64,000 nt of DNA from Coriobacteriales bacterium (GTDB lineage Bacteria > Actinomycetota > Coriobacteriia > Coriobacteriales > UMGS124), in assembly GCA_017515595.1 (NCBI GenBank), contig JAFWFL010000080.1, positions 1,200 to 65,199 of the forward strand, read 5' to 3'. Below are positions 54,085 to 64,000 of this stretch, one piece after another; position 1 is the first letter of the stretch, and the number at the start of each line of letters is the position of its first letter. The notes below the pieces were generated by a model that was not told where the DNA came from, ran no database searches, and was given only the letters and a program-made list of their open reading frames with translations. A program made the position numbers and the translations under genes.

Positions 54085-55677
54085 TTATTTACCAATGTAC
54101 TTGGCGGCTTCCATGGCGATGATGCGGCCGGAGTTGTTGGCCCAAGATGCCTGAGAACCGGGGCAAATCATAACGTCGTAGCTGTCGCCGTAGAGGCAGC
54201 CGGCGTCAGAACCACCGGCATAGAGGCCGGGGATAACCTGATGGGCTTCGTTCTCAACTTCGCAGTTAACGTTGATCATGATGCCACCGCAGGTGGTGTA
54301 ATAACCGTCACCGGTCTGGCCAATGTAGAACGGAGGCTCCATGGTGCGGAGGAACTCAGCGGGCTTATGGAAGTCCTCGTCAAAACCGGCAGCGCAGTAA
54401 CCATTGTAGGTGTCAAGGGTCTCCTGGAGCTTAGCAGCGTCGAGACCCCAAGCAGCAGCCATTTCCTCAACGGTGTCGCACTTAACAAGGTTGCCCTCTT
54501 CTACGAGGTAATCGATGTCCTCACGGACGCCCTCCATGGGGGTGCCGGGTGATACGAAGGAGAAGACCATGCCGTACGGGCCTTCCTGCTCCCAAGTTAC
54601 AAGGTCATTCTCGGAGAAGATGATGAAGGTCTTGTCCTGGTTGCGCTGTGCAAGGCCAACGCCTGCGAAGTCGGTGATCCATACTGACTCGTCGATCCAG
54701 CGCTCAGCGTTGCCGTTGATCCAAAGGGTAGGCTGTACAGAAGCACAGTAGTCCATATGAGTCCAGATAGCGCCATTGATGCACGGACCGCACCACATAA
54801 CGGTGCCAAGGCCCTCAGCCATGTAAGCGCCGGCATCGCGGGCCATCTTGATGCCGTCAGCGGTCATGCCGGGAACACCCTGCGGGAGGATGAGCTCGTT
54901 GCGGGTCTCGGATACTGCATAGAGGAAGTCCTTGTTCTGAGGATAGCCACCGGTGCAAACAGCAACTGCAGGAGCATTTACCTGTACAAAGGTGCCGTCA
55001 GCGCGCTCGGCGATTACACCCTTAACCACGCCGTCCTCAACGATGATCTTCTTAACGGGGGTCTCAAGCTCAATCTGAACGCCGAGGTTAGCGGCAGCGG
55101 CGCGCATGCTGTCCTGGAAGGTTGCGCCAGGTCCCATGTTCAGATCGCGCTCGTATACGTGCCAAACCTTGTCGCCGTTACCAATGGCGATGGCGCCCTG
55201 GAAACCAACACCGAGGTCCTCAAGCCACTGTACGGTCTCAGCGGTCTGATTGAAGAAGCGGTTGTAAAGAGCACGGTTGGGGATGTAGTGATGATACTTC
55301 ATCGACTGCTCAACCTTGTCAAAAACGGTGATGTCACCAGTGCCGGCAGCCTCGTTGTACTTTGTGCCAAGAGCAAAAAGACCCTCGGTACCAATGAATG
55401 AACCGCCGGTTACCTCGCGCTTCTCCAACACGATGGGCTCAAGACCAAGCTGCTTGGCCTGGCAGGCGCAAGCCATGCCGGTGCCGCCTGCACCGATGAT
55501 AGCGATGTCGGCCTCGAGGAACTCGGTGGGTTCGCCAATGGGGTCAAGATCCCAAACGCTGCTGGTCTCAGAAATAACCTTTGCCTCAGCGGGCTTAACG
55601 GTGCTTGCTACTGCTGCTGCACCGGCAACTGCTGCAGCGCTTGCGACAAAACTACGACGGCTGATGTTCTCTGACAT
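54085..55677 (-). CDS. Tat-exported FAD-dependent oxidoreductase (fumarate-reductase flavoprotein-like), paralog of 26989..28545
   Basis: 530 aa. Tat leader MSENISRRSFVASAAAVAGAAAVAS. Rossmann motif DIAIIGAGGTGMACAC. C-terminal GLYAGGSDAGCLYG. SD AAGGAGG. Confidence 0.87.
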   Translation of the reverse strand: MSENISRRSFVASAAAVAGAAAVASTVKPAEAKVISETSSVWDLDPIGEPTEFLEADIAIIGAGGTGMACACQAKQLGLEPIVLEKREVTGGSFIGTEGLFALGTKYNEAAGTGDITVFDKVEQSMKYHHYIPNRALYNRFFNQTAETVQWLEDLGVGFQGAIAIGNGDKVWHVYERDLNMGPGATFQDSMRAAAANLGVQIELETPVKKIIVEDGVVKGVIAERADGTFVQVNAPAVAVCTGGYPQNKDFLYAVSETRNELILPQGVPGMTADGIKMARDAGAYMAEGLGTVMWCGPCINGAIWTHMDYCASVQPTLWINGNAERWIDESVWITDFAGVGLAQRNQDKTFIIFSENDLVTWEQEGPYGMVFSFVSPGTPMEGVREDIDYLVEEGNLVKCDTVEEMAAAWGLDAAKLQETLDTYNGYCAAGFDEDFHKPAEFLRTMEPPFYIGQTGDGYYTTCGGIMINVNCEVENEAHQVIPGLYAGGSDAGCLYGDSYDVMICPGSQASWANNSGRIIAMEAAKYIGK

Positions 55678-55706
55678 GAATTCCTCCTTGTATTAGGATT
55701 GAATAA

Positions 55707-55728
55707 CCAACAATACTATTTTTGTTGG
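55707..55728. promoter_or_regulatory. Short inverted repeat CCAACAA-N8-TTGTTGG in the LysR/flavoprotein divergent region (candidate LysR site)
   Basis: 7-bp arms at 55707-55713 and 55722-55728. A second CCAACAAT word occurs near 55873. The evidence is weak. Confidence 0.2.
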
Positions 55729-55958
55729 ATTTGATACCGCTCTTGCGGATGTCGAGAGTATTGTTGCATGCTCCAAAACAAAAAGATAGGCCTTTTTCTG
55801 TAACTGAAAATTGGTGCCTGTGAATCGTGGTTTCAACCACTCGGGGTGAGTTTTGACCGCACGGGTTACCGTGCCAACAATAGCACTTGAACATCTGTTG
55901 TTTAAAGCGTAAAATAAAAAGTTCGAGTGTGCAAAGATTCATTAACTTGGGAGACGTC

Positions 55959-56873
55959 ATGAATACTGAACAGCTCCGTTATTTTGAACTGGCATATCAG
56001 GAACGGAATTTCTCGGCTGCGGCACGCTTGGTACCCTGTACCCCGCAAGGGCTCGCAAAAGCAATTCATGCGCTCGAGAAGGAGCTTAATGTCACACTCT
56101 TTGAAAACGACGAGCTTACCGGCTTGCCGCTGCCAACACCCTATGCCCATGAGCTGTTTGAATATGCTGCGGTAAGCGACAGTAACCTGAGGCTGCTCTA
56201 TGAATCATTTGACCGGTTGCGCGGAGAAGAACATAAGCGCATCAGGCTGGGCTGTTCTCTGGGAATCATTGGCACTTTTGGTTCAAGCTTTATTACGGAT
56301 TTTGAGCGGCTCCATCCTCATATTGAAGTAGCACATTGGGAAATGAATGATTACCTTTGTGACCAGGGACTTATAGACGGAACCTATGACCTGGCTCTCG
56401 AGATTGGTCCGTTTGTCTCGGGCGTCAAAGCGGTGGAGCTCTACCGGTGCCCTATGTATTTTTGGGTTAACAAAGATGACCCTCTCGCAACAAAGAAGAG
56501 TCTTACCATTCAGGACCTAGACGGCAAAGATATTGCGATTCCGGGAGAAGGCTTTAAGTGCTACGACCGCCTGAGAGAAGAAGCGCTCAAAGCAAACATT
56601 AATCTGGGCCGGATATTAGAAATGAGCGAGATTTTCCAGCTCTACGAGTTCGCCATTGAGAACCAGGGCCTTGGCTTCTCGGTACGCCACCTTACCCAGC
56701 TCAAAACATTTACCCGTGCCCAAGAGGTTGTAGCCATCCCCTTTAACGGACCTGCCTGGTACTTTGGCATCCAGCGCCTCTCCACCCACGCCCTCGGCAC
56801 CGCCGAGGCAACCTTCTGGGACTGGTGCATAACCTACTCCCACCGCCTCCCCAGCGACCCTCTGGGGAAATAA
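55959..56873 (+). CDS. LysR-family transcriptional regulator
   Basis: The start is set at ATG 55959 (MNTEQLRYFELAYQERNFSAAARLVPCTPQGLAKAIHALEKELNVTLFE, a LysR wHTH). It is divergent from the flavoprotein gene. The track ORF from 55887 adds 24 unsupported codons. Confidence 0.88.
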   Translation: MNTEQLRYFELAYQERNFSAAARLVPCTPQGLAKAIHALEKELNVTLFENDELTGLPLPTPYAHELFEYAAVSDSNLRLLYESFDRLRGEEHKRIRLGCSLGIIGTFGSSFITDFERLHPHIEVAHWEMNDYLCDQGLIDGTYDLALEIGPFVSGVKAVELYRCPMYFWVNKDDPLATKKSLTIQDLDGKDIAIPGEGFKCYDRLREEALKANINLGRILEMSEIFQLYEFAIENQGLGFSVRHLTQLKTFTRAQEVVAIPFNGPAWYFGIQRLSTHALGTAEATFWDWCITYSHRLPSDPLGK

Positions 56874-57067
56874 AAGCAGTCCCTAGCAGAGTAAACCGCC
56901 AAGTTTGTGTCTGATAATTACGGCAGGGTGTCGGTTGCGTTAATAACACATTACAATACGTGTGCGTAAAAAGCCTGTAACACGTGCATTCTATGATCAT
57001 TGGATGACGGACTTTGTTTGTTTAAGCCAAGCCTTGGATGGCTTGTGAATGATCGAGAGGGGGGCGC

Positions 57068-58408
57068 ATGAGCAGGCTGTCTGATGCTCTGTTGGCAGGC
57101 ACCTCAAAACCTGTGCAAATACCTGCGCTTTTGGTACTAGAAGACGGAACGGCGTTCTATGGCACTGCGTGCGGCGCAGAGGGCGAAGCGTTTGGAGAAA
57201 TTTGCTTTAACACATCGCTTGAGGGCTATTTTGAGGTCATTACCGACCCCTCATATGCCGGACAAATTGTTACCATGACCTATCCTCAAATTGGCAACTA
57301 CGGTGTTAACCTGGATGATGCCCAGGCAGAGCACCCGGCGCTGCGCGGCCTTGTGGTACGCGATATGTGCTTTTCGCCCTCTAACTGGCGCAGCGAACTC
57401 ACACTCCCGCAATATCTCAAACACGAGGGTGTTGTTGCAATTGAGGGTATAGATACCCGGGCTCTCGTGCGCCATGTGCGCGACCATGGCGCAATGAAAG
57501 CAGCTATTTCTACCATTGATACCAATGTGGAGAACCTCCTTGCAAAGGTTCGCGCAAGCGAATCGATTCTTGGCGTGAATCTCGCAAAAACCGTGTCGTG
57601 CCAAAGCGCATATATGTTTACCACCGGCAATCTCCCGGCAAGCAAGGCGTTTGCCCTCGCTGACCCTGCGCCAAAGAAGTATAAGGTCATTGCCTATGAC
57701 TGCGGAGCAAAGCGCTCGATCCTCGAAGGATTGGTGCGCGTAGGCTGCGAGGTCGAGGTTGTGCCGTGGAATACTCCCGCTCAGGAGGTTCTCGTATCTT
57801 CTCCTGACGGCGTGTTCCTCTCAAACGGCCCCGGCGACCCTGATGCCGTTATAGAGACATACCGCCAGGCAGAGCTGCTTTTGGGCAATGTCCCTGTCTT
57901 TGGTATTTGTCTGGGACACCAAATGATGTGCAAAGCCGCAGGTGCGCGCATTGAGAAGCTGAGATTTGGCCATCACGGCGGCAACCATCCCGTCATGAAC
58001 CTCCTTTCGCATCAAACCGAGATCACCGCACAAAACCACGGGTTTAACCTCTGCTATCCAAGCCTGGGCCCCCTGTGTGCCGAGCTCTCTGGCGGCGTGT
58101 CTCACCATGCAGATGACCTGCGTTTTTGGGTAGAACGCGGCATTGCTCCCGTGGTCGAAAACAAGCGCTACGGCAAAATACAGCTTACCCACGTTAACTT
58201 AAACGACGGCACTGCCGAGGGAATGGCCTTTTTGGATATCCCCGCGTTTTCTGTCCAGTACCACCCCGAGGCAAACCCCGGGCCAACAGATTCTCACTAT
58301 TTGTTCACCGCATTCACACGCCTTATGGACCAATGCGACAACTATCTCGATATCAATATTTCACAGGACAGGCTCGCGGGCTGGGATTTTAAACGGCAGG
58401 GTGCATAG
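57068..58408 (+). CDS. carA: Carbamoyl-phosphate synthase small (glutaminase) subunit
   Basis: 446 aa. Catalytic GICLGHQ and ..VQYHPEA.. motifs. It is longer than typical CarA, with an insertion and a C-terminal tail. Confidence 0.93.
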   Translation: MSRLSDALLAGTSKPVQIPALLVLEDGTAFYGTACGAEGEAFGEICFNTSLEGYFEVITDPSYAGQIVTMTYPQIGNYGVNLDDAQAEHPALRGLVVRDMCFSPSNWRSELTLPQYLKHEGVVAIEGIDTRALVRHVRDHGAMKAAISTIDTNVENLLAKVRASESILGVNLAKTVSCQSAYMFTTGNLPASKAFALADPAPKKYKVIAYDCGAKRSILEGLVRVGCEVEVVPWNTPAQEVLVSSPDGVFLSNGPGDPDAVIETYRQAELLLGNVPVFGICLGHQMMCKAAGARIEKLRFGHHGGNHPVMNLLSHQTEITAQNHGFNLCYPSLGPLCAELSGGVSHHADDLRFWVERGIAPVVENKRYGKIQLTHVNLNDGTAEGMAFLDIPAFSVQYHPEANPGPTDSHYLFTAFTRLMDQCDNYLDINISQDRLAGWDFKRQGA

Positions 58409-58441
58409 CACTAAAGTCCGCATACGAAAGGATAAGACACC

Positions 58442-61400
58442 ATGCCAAAGCGCACAGATATAAAGACAATCCTCGTCATAGGCTCAGGACCTATTGTCAT
58501 TGGACAGGCATGCGAATTTGACTACTCGGGAGCGCAGGCCTGCAAGGTGCTGCGCGAAGAAGGTTACCGCGTTGTTCTGGTCAACAGTAACCCCGCAACC
58601 ATTATGACCGATCCTCATATGGCTGACCGCACCTATGTTGAGCCCATTACCGCTGAGTTTGTCGAGAAAGTTATCGCACGTGAGCGCCCTTGTGCTTTGC
58701 TCCCCACGCTCGGCGGGCAAACCGCTCTCAATACTGCCGTTGAACTGGCCGAGAATGGCGTGCTTGACCGCTATCATGTAGAGATGATTGGTTGCGACCT
58801 CAAGGCAATCCAGCGCGGAGAAGATCGCAAACTCTTTAACGAATGTATGGAGGATCTTGGCATTGAGACAGCCCGCAGCGGTTATGCTTACTCGGTTGCC
58901 GACGCATTATCAATCGTTGAAGATATTGGTTACCCGGTAGTATTGCGTCCCTCGTATACCTTAGGAGGCGCCGGCGGCGGCATCGCCCACAATCAGGAAG
59001 AGCTCGAGCTCATTGTTTCTCAGGGCATTGAGCTTTCTCCCGCAAAGGAAGTCCTTGTAGAAGAGTCAATTGAGGGATGGAAAGAGTTTGAGATGGAGGT
59101 TGTACGCGATAAAGCCGGTAACGGCATTATTGTGTGCTCAATCGAAAACCTCGACCCCATGGGTGTCCACACCGGTGACTCAATAACCGTAGCTCCCGCA
59201 CAAACACTCTCTGATGTTGAATACCAGCGCATGCGCGCAGCGTCGCTCGCGGTTCTCGAGAAGATTGGTGTTGAGACCGGCGGCTCAAACGTGCAGTTCG
59301 CGGTGAACCCCAATGACGGACGCATGGTCATTATCGAGATGAACCCCCGCGTTTCGCGTTCCTCGGCGCTCGCCTCAAAGGCAACGGGCTTCCCCATTGC
59401 CAAGGTCGCGGCCCGTCTCGCCGTGGGCTATACGCTGCCTGAGATTCTCAATGACATTACCAAAGCTACGCCGGCCTGTTTTGAGCCAAGTATTGACTAC
59501 TGCGTGGTCAAAGTACCCCGCTTTGCATTCGAGAAATTTAAGGATTCCGACGACACACTTACAACCCGTATGAAGGCGGTTGGCGAGGTCATGGCCATTG
59601 GGCGCACGTTTGAAGAAGCCCTTGGTAAGGCGCTCCGTTCGCTCGAAAACGGACGATCAGGCCTTGGCGTTGACGGTCATGCGCCGGCTGCAGATTCCAA
59701 AGAGGGATACCGCGATCTTCTTGCCCGTCCTACCTGCGACCGCATTGTCTATGTGGGTTGCGCGCTGCGCCATGGCTGGACTCCACAGGAGATTCACGAG
59801 GTCACCGGTATAGACCGCTTCTTCCTTGACAAGATGGCAGACATTGTCGCAGTTCAGGAAGCCCTGCGCGGCATAGATGTTGAACAAATTGATGCAGACG
59901 CATTTTGGGTTGCGAAGCGGCATGGCCTCTCGGATGCTCAAATTGCCTTCCTCACCGGGTCAACCGAGCGTACGGTACGCGCGCGTCGCAAGGCTCTGGG
60001 CGTCATACCTGCCTTTAAGACGGTAGACACCTGCGCAGCCGAGTTCGCAAGCTCAACGGCGTACCACTATAAGACCTATGACACAGCCGAGTCTGAGATT
60101 GCTGATGCCCCTGATGAGCAGCAAAAGCCCAAAGCCCTCATCTTGGGCGCCGGCCCCAACCGCATTGGCCAGGGGATTGAGTTTGACTATTGCTGCGTGC
60201 ACGCAAGCTACGCGCTCGCCGAGGCCGGATTCCAAACCATTATGGTTAACTGTAACCCCGAGACGGTCTCCACAGACTACGATACATCGCATAAGCTTTA
60301 CTTTGAGCCGTTAACCTTTGAAGACGTGATGGATATTGTCGAAGCCGAAAAACCCTACGGTGTTGTGGCGACTCTTGGCGGGCAAACACCGCTCAAGCTT
60401 GCGAAAGCGCTCGAAAACGAGGGTGTTGTCCTTATGGGTACTGATGCCGACGCCATAGATCTGGCCGAGGACCGCGACAGTTTTGCAGCCCTTCTCGACA
60501 ACTTGGGAATTATGTACCCGCCCTCAGGCGATGCCTCTACGCTCGAAGAAGCTGTGCATGTGGCTGCGACCATTGGTTACCCGCTCCTGGTGCGTCCAAG
60601 CTATGTACTCGGCGGGCGCGGTATGGCCATTGTGTATGACGCGACCCAGCTCAAACGCTATATGGCAGAAGCAGCCAAGGTCTCACCCGACCACCCGGTT
60701 TATCTCGACAGATTCCTGGAATCAGCGATAGAGGTTGACCTGGATTGCGTTTGCGACGGCAAAGACGTATACATTGGCGGCGTGCTCGAACACATAGAAG
60801 AAGCAGGCATTCACTCGGGTGATTCGGCATGCTGCATACCGCCGTTCACGCTCTCTGATTCTTTGGTGCACCAAATGTGCGACATCGCCCATCGCCTCGC
60901 TTTGAGCATTGGCGTCCAGGGCCTCATGAACGTCCAGTTTGCGATTAGGGATCAGACGGTCTATGTCATTGAGGCTAACCCACGCGCGAGCCGCACGGTT
61001 CCCTTTGTCTCCAAAGCCACAGGAGTGCCGCTTGCCAAAGTCGCAGCCCGTGTTATGGCAGGCGAGAAACTCGCGCATATGAACCTTCCGCAAAATGCGC
61101 TTGATCTTGAGTATTTTGCCGTGAAGGAAGCCGTAATGCCATTTGGCCGGTTCCCCGGGTCAGATGTGGTACTCGGCCCCGAGATGAAGTCAACCGGCGA
61201 GGTCATGGGCATTGCGCCAACGTTCCCGGCAGCTTATGCAAAGACCCAGCTCGCAATTTCTTATGGTCTGCCCCTCAGCGGCAATGTATTCATAAGTGTG
61301 GCAGACCGAGACAAGCGTTCGATCGTGTCGATTGCCCGCGACTTTGTGCACCTTGGATTCACCCTGGTCAGCACAAGCGGAACCGCAAAAACGCTCAAAG

Positions 61401-61675
61401 CCTGCGGTGTGCCGTGCAAGGTGATTCGCAAGATCAACGAGGGACATCCCAACATTGTGGACATGATCTCCCAAGGTGAGATTCAGCTCATAGTCAACAC
61501 CCCCTTTGGCCACGGCGCCCGTGCCGACGGCTATGAACTGCGTCTCGCAGCCGTGCGCTACGGAGTAACCTACGCCACCACTATAGCAGCAGCCCAAGCC
61601 TTTGCCGCCGCCATGGAAGTAGCCCGCCAAGACGGTCTTGACGTGGTAGCCCTCCAGGACCTGAAGCAGTGGTAG
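58442..61675 (+). CDS. carB: Carbamoyl-phosphate synthase large subunit
   Basis: 1077 aa. Duplicated ATP-grasp halves (two IGQ..EFDYSG/EFDYCC starts). Canonical CarB throughout, including an MGS-like C-terminal domain. Confidence 0.97.
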   Translation: MPKRTDIKTILVIGSGPIVIGQACEFDYSGAQACKVLREEGYRVVLVNSNPATIMTDPHMADRTYVEPITAEFVEKVIARERPCALLPTLGGQTALNTAVELAENGVLDRYHVEMIGCDLKAIQRGEDRKLFNECMEDLGIETARSGYAYSVADALSIVEDIGYPVVLRPSYTLGGAGGGIAHNQEELELIVSQGIELSPAKEVLVEESIEGWKEFEMEVVRDKAGNGIIVCSIENLDPMGVHTGDSITVAPAQTLSDVEYQRMRAASLAVLEKIGVETGGSNVQFAVNPNDGRMVIIEMNPRVSRSSALASKATGFPIAKVAARLAVGYTLPEILNDITKATPACFEPSIDYCVVKVPRFAFEKFKDSDDTLTTRMKAVGEVMAIGRTFEEALGKALRSLENGRSGLGVDGHAPAADSKEGYRDLLARPTCDRIVYVGCALRHGWTPQEIHEVTGIDRFFLDKMADIVAVQEALRGIDVEQIDADAFWVAKRHGLSDAQIAFLTGSTERTVRARRKALGVIPAFKTVDTCAAEFASSTAYHYKTYDTAESEIADAPDEQQKPKALILGAGPNRIGQGIEFDYCCVHASYALAEAGFQTIMVNCNPETVSTDYDTSHKLYFEPLTFEDVMDIVEAEKPYGVVATLGGQTPLKLAKALENEGVVLMGTDADAIDLAEDRDSFAALLDNLGIMYPPSGDASTLEEAVHVAATIGYPLLVRPSYVLGGRGMAIVYDATQLKRYMAEAAKVSPDHPVYLDRFLESAIEVDLDCVCDGKDVYIGGVLEHIEEAGIHSGDSACCIPPFTLSDSLVHQMCDIAHRLALSIGVQGLMNVQFAIRDQTVYVIEANPRASRTVPFVSKATGVPLAKVAARVMAGEKLAHMNLPQNALDLEYFAVKEAVMPFGRFPGSDVVLGPEMKSTGEVMGIAPTFPAAYAKTQLAISYGLPLSGNVFISVADRDKRSIVSIARDFVHLGFTLVSTSGTAKTLKACGVPCKVIRKINEGHPNIVDMISQGEIQLIVNTPFGHGARADGYELRLAAVRYGVTYATTIAAAQAFAAAMEVARQDGLDVVALQDLKQW

Positions 61676-61691
61676 ACTTTTAGACAGACCA

Positions 61692-61744
61692 AAAGAGGGC
61701 TGTGTGTTGTTTCTAAATTTCACAACGCACAGCCCTCTTTTATG
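61692..61744. terminator. Bidirectional rho-independent terminator between carB and the convergent large-protein gene
   Basis: 19-bp stem AAAGAGGGCTGTGTGTTGT / ACAACGCACAGCCCTCTTT (one G-U pair), flanked by an A-run on the left and TTTTAT on the right. Confidence 0.85.
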
Positions 61745-61769
61745 TTCAGCTCATTGCTGCCGGTTATCC

Positions 61770-62495
61770 CTATGCTCCGCTCTTACCGCAGACTGAGCAG
61801 GGATCTCCCTTGTGGGGTTCTGCGTATTCTTTACCGCACAGCTTACAGGCATAGTAATGAAAGAAAGTATCATATTTGCCTGTTAAAACATAATCGTGAC
61901 CAATATCACCCTCTGTCCCGTAGGGAGGTTTAAAGTTCTCGTGATACTCTTCACCGCATCTTGAGCAGAAATAACATTCGTAGCCGTAGTCTACGCAGGT
62001 TGGCGATGCGGTGTATTGCCACTGGTAATTGTGTCCTAATGCAGTACCGGGGTGAACCTCTTTATAGTCAAGTCCACATATTGAGCATTCCCAGTTAGTG
62101 GTTTCATCAAACGTACAGGTGGGAGGCGAACCGCCCATCTCATGCCAGTCATGACCGGTAGCGGGAACAGGATCTGCATACCCGCTCTTACATATTGAAC
62201 ATTCATAGTAGGTATAACCGTCTGTCTCACATGTTGGAGCCACATAGGCCACCGCAATGTAATTATGGCTGGTAGCAGGGATAGGAACGGTAATAACATC
62301 CTTACATTTTGTGCATTCGTAAACGGTATAACCGTCTGTGTCGCATGTAGGAGCTACCGTAACGGTTGCCATATATGCATGCTCGGTAGCGGGAAGTATA
62401 TCTTTGTAAGTCTCACTGCATCCGGTGCAGGTGTACAAAATGTAGCCCTCTGTAGTGCAGGTTGCTGCAACTGTTTCTGAAGCAACCCAGTTATG
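61770..62495 (-). repeat. Coding tandem repeats (about 38 aa x 5-6): H-x-[WY]-x7-9-C-x3-5-[GY]-x3-4-C-x2-C
   Basis: Units start at the His of HNWVASETVAATCTTEGYILYTCTGC, HAYMATVTVAPTCDTDGYTVYECTKC, HNYIAVAYVAPTCETDGYTYYECSIC, HDWHEMGGSPPTCTFDETTNWECSIC, HNYQWQYTASPTCVDYGYECYFCSRC and the degenerate last unit HDY..CKLC..CSVC. His spacing is 38, 38, 38, 40 and 45 aa. Confidence 0.85.
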
Positions 62496-64000
62496 AGTGG
62501 TGTGCTCGGCAGGTGTTGGCGTAGGTGTAGGAGTAGAAGACGTTGCGGGAGTTGTTGATGCTTCTGTTTTTGGCACAAAACCATGAGCGGTCATCTCATG
62601 CTGTGACCTTCCGGACAGAGGCTTTACTACAACGTTGCCTTTATATGATCCTTCTTTACCGTTCTGCATGACACCGTCTACATATATTACGCCTTTAACA
62701 ACAGAACCGGGTTCCAGCTCCAAACCGTATAAATAGCTGTCAGCCGTAACAATCCAGGTAGATTCTCCCTTGAGCGACACCGTAAGTCCATGCTGAATGT
62801 CAAAGGTTTTATCTGGGCAATAATCAGCAAAACCTTCCTGTTCACCTGCTTCTATCCATTGGTCAACCCCGTATTGGTTCATCGCACCATTAAACTTGGT
62901 TGAATCGAGCACCAAAGAGAAATCGCGATGATAATCCTCATGGGCAATATCGCCTGTTACCTCCATATCTTTCATGACTACAGAAATACCGTCGTAGGTT
63001 TCAGCTTTCTCTCCCATAATCATTGCTGCCGTATTACCGGCAATGATAGTCTGGATAAGGTAACCCGTTCCTTTTTCATCAGCAATAAGCTCGCAGTTGT
63101 CAAGCGTTATATCTGCATTGGTTGACGAGATAACTATAACGCTCCCTTTTGTATGATCAAGATAGGCCTGCGTTTGTTCAGGATACTTAACGCCTTTATC
63201 AAGTGAGAGATCAGTCTTTAAAACGGTATCATGTGCAACTATGCTTGCAGATAAAAGTGCAAGCTCCTGAGTGCCGTATATACTCTCAAGATATTCTTTT
63301 GTTTCCGGAGTGAGATTTCTGTTAGAGCAGATAACCATGAGGGCATTGCGTCCACCCTTAACAACACTGTCAAGCTGCTTGTCTAATCTCTTACTTTTAT
63401 CTCCGACAGAGAGAACCCCGGCAAGGTCTGCGTTGTTTTCTCCGTCTTCAATATTACCTAGAACTAGTTCGCCAAAGGTATCAGAGATGATACCGATCTC
63501 GGCGCCTTGAACCGCACTGCCGTATATTAAAAGATTACCAAGAAAATCAACGCATGCACCGCAGCCACCGTCAGTAGCAATCAGTTTTGAGCCATAGGTA
63601 TAAACGCTTTGCTCCTTGGCATTCTCAGAGGCAGGCAGTCCTTCATTGATGCAGAGAGCTCCCAGATCTTGCGCAGCAAGCGTAGAATTGAGGTAATAGC
63701 TTTGACTGTTCTCTTGGTCAAGTACCGTAAAGGTTCTTCCGCCTATGATGAGTTCAGGAAAAACATCTAATGCTGGAGTTGTTTTTAACGAGGTTTCTGT
63801 ACAAACATAAGAATTGCGAACAATAAGGCTTGCACGATTCAAAACCTGAACGGCAGGGGTATCTACGTAGATAAGCTCAATTTCATCGAGAACTTGGCTT
63901 CCCAAGGCAACCTGCAAAAATGCCTCATTCGCCTTGGCTGAATCAAATGTACCCCCATAACCATAGGCGTTACCTGTCGCAACTTGAGCTGTTGTACTCG
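61770..64000 (-). CDS. Large protein, 5'-truncated by the window edge, with a Thr/Pro linker and C-terminal His/Cys3 tandem repeats
   Basis: The reading frame stays open from 63917 to the window end (..STTAQVATGNAYGYGGTFDSAKANEAF-LQVALG..), so the TTG start in the track is an artefact. TSSTPTPTPTP linker. About 38-aa repeats fill the last 241 aa. Confidence 0.75.
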   Translation of the reverse strand, partial: STTAQVATGNAYGYGGTFDSAKANEAFLQVALGSQVLDEIELIYVDTPAVQVLNRASLIVRNSYVCTETSLKTTPALDVFPELIIGGRTFTVLDQENSQSYYLNSTLAAQDLGALCINEGLPASENAKEQSVYTYGSKLIATDGGCGACVDFLGNLLIYGSAVQGAEIGIISDTFGELVLGNIEDGENNADLAGVLSVGDKSKRLDKQLDSVVKGGRNALMVICSNRNLTPETKEYLESIYGTQELALLSASIVAHDTVLKTDLSLDKGVKYPEQTQAYLDHTKGSVIVISSTNADITLDNCELIADEKGTGYLIQTIIAGNTAAMIMGEKAETYDGISVVMKDMEVTGDIAHEDYHRDFSLVLDSTKFNGAMNQYGVDQWIEAGEQEGFADYCPDKTFDIQHGLTVSLKGESTWIVTADSYLYGLELEPGSVVKGVIYVDGVMQNGKEGSYKGNVVVKPLSGRSQHEMTAHGFVPKTEASTTPATSSTPTPTPTPAEHTTHNWVASETVAATCTTEGYILYTCTGCSETYKDILPATEHAYMATVTVAPTCDTDGYTVYECTKCKDVITVPIPATSHNYIAVAYVAPTCETDGYTYYECSICKSGYADPVPATGHDWHEMGGSPPTCTFDETTNWECSICGLDYKEVHPGTALGHNYQWQYTASPTCVDYGYECYFCSRCGEEYHENFKPPYGTEGDIGHDYVLTGKYDTFFHYYACKLCGKEYAEPHKGDPCSVCGKSGA

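Noticed and set aside
56874-57067. A PyrR-binding attenuator or ARG box upstream of carA.
   Set aside because: There is only a weak hairpin (AAGCCA..TGGCTT) and a half TGAAT word. No match to the PyrR loop consensus or a full ARG box is recognisable by eye.
63915-63917. The TTG start codon given by the track for the 715-aa ORF.
   Set aside because: The frame remains open with no stop up to position 64000 (..GNAYGYGGTFDSAKANEAF precedes it). The gene is therefore truncated by the window and the TTG is internal.

Overview
This 64-kb chromosomal window appears to come from an anaerobic Coriobacteriia/Eggerthellaceae-type actinobacterium. That placement is an inference from gene content only, since the window holds no rRNA or tRNA. 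I also found no CRISPR array, integrase or transposase. The housekeeping backbone is hom, cysK and murA, a complete F1Fo ATP synthase operon (atpI-like plus atpBEFHAGDC), upp and rpiB at 1.5-14.7 kb, then ackA, queA, aroF-aroB-aroA-pheA and carAB at 40-61.7 kb. The accessory content is dominated by anaerobic reductase modules. There are two paralogous Tat-exported DmsA-like molybdoenzyme + DmsB-like ferredoxin + TorD/DmsD-chaperone modules (22.4-26.5 kb minus strand, 34.0-38.2 kb plus strand), and neither has a membrane-anchor gene. A third bis-MGD-type oxidoreductase has no Tat leader, has its own 4-cluster ferredoxin, and lies downstream of a PucR-type regulator (18.5-22.4 kb). Two Tat-exported FAD flavoprotein reductases are present (27.0-28.5 kb and 54.1-55.7 kb); the second has a divergent LysR regulator. 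Two polytopic-membrane LuxR-type regulators are present (15.9-17.6 kb and 38.2-39.7 kb). The stretch from about 17.6 to 27.0 kb is markedly lower in GC than the rest and starts with a HicAB toxin-antitoxin pair. Other notable items are listed below.
- A same-strand array of XRE-cupin regulator, AMP-forming acyl-CoA synthetase, macro-domain-HTH fusion and secreted protein.
- A dispersed palindrome family, CCTGACAAAAGG-N5-CCTTTTGTCAGG, with 4 copies.
- An AT3-SGNH acyltransferase with 48-nt coding tandem repeats.
- A 5'-truncated large protein ending in about six His/Cys3 repeats.
The best candidate for an undescribed system is the Tat-less molybdoenzyme/ferredoxin/PucR unit inside the low-GC block. 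All functional calls rest on motif recognition by eye, because no database search was possible.
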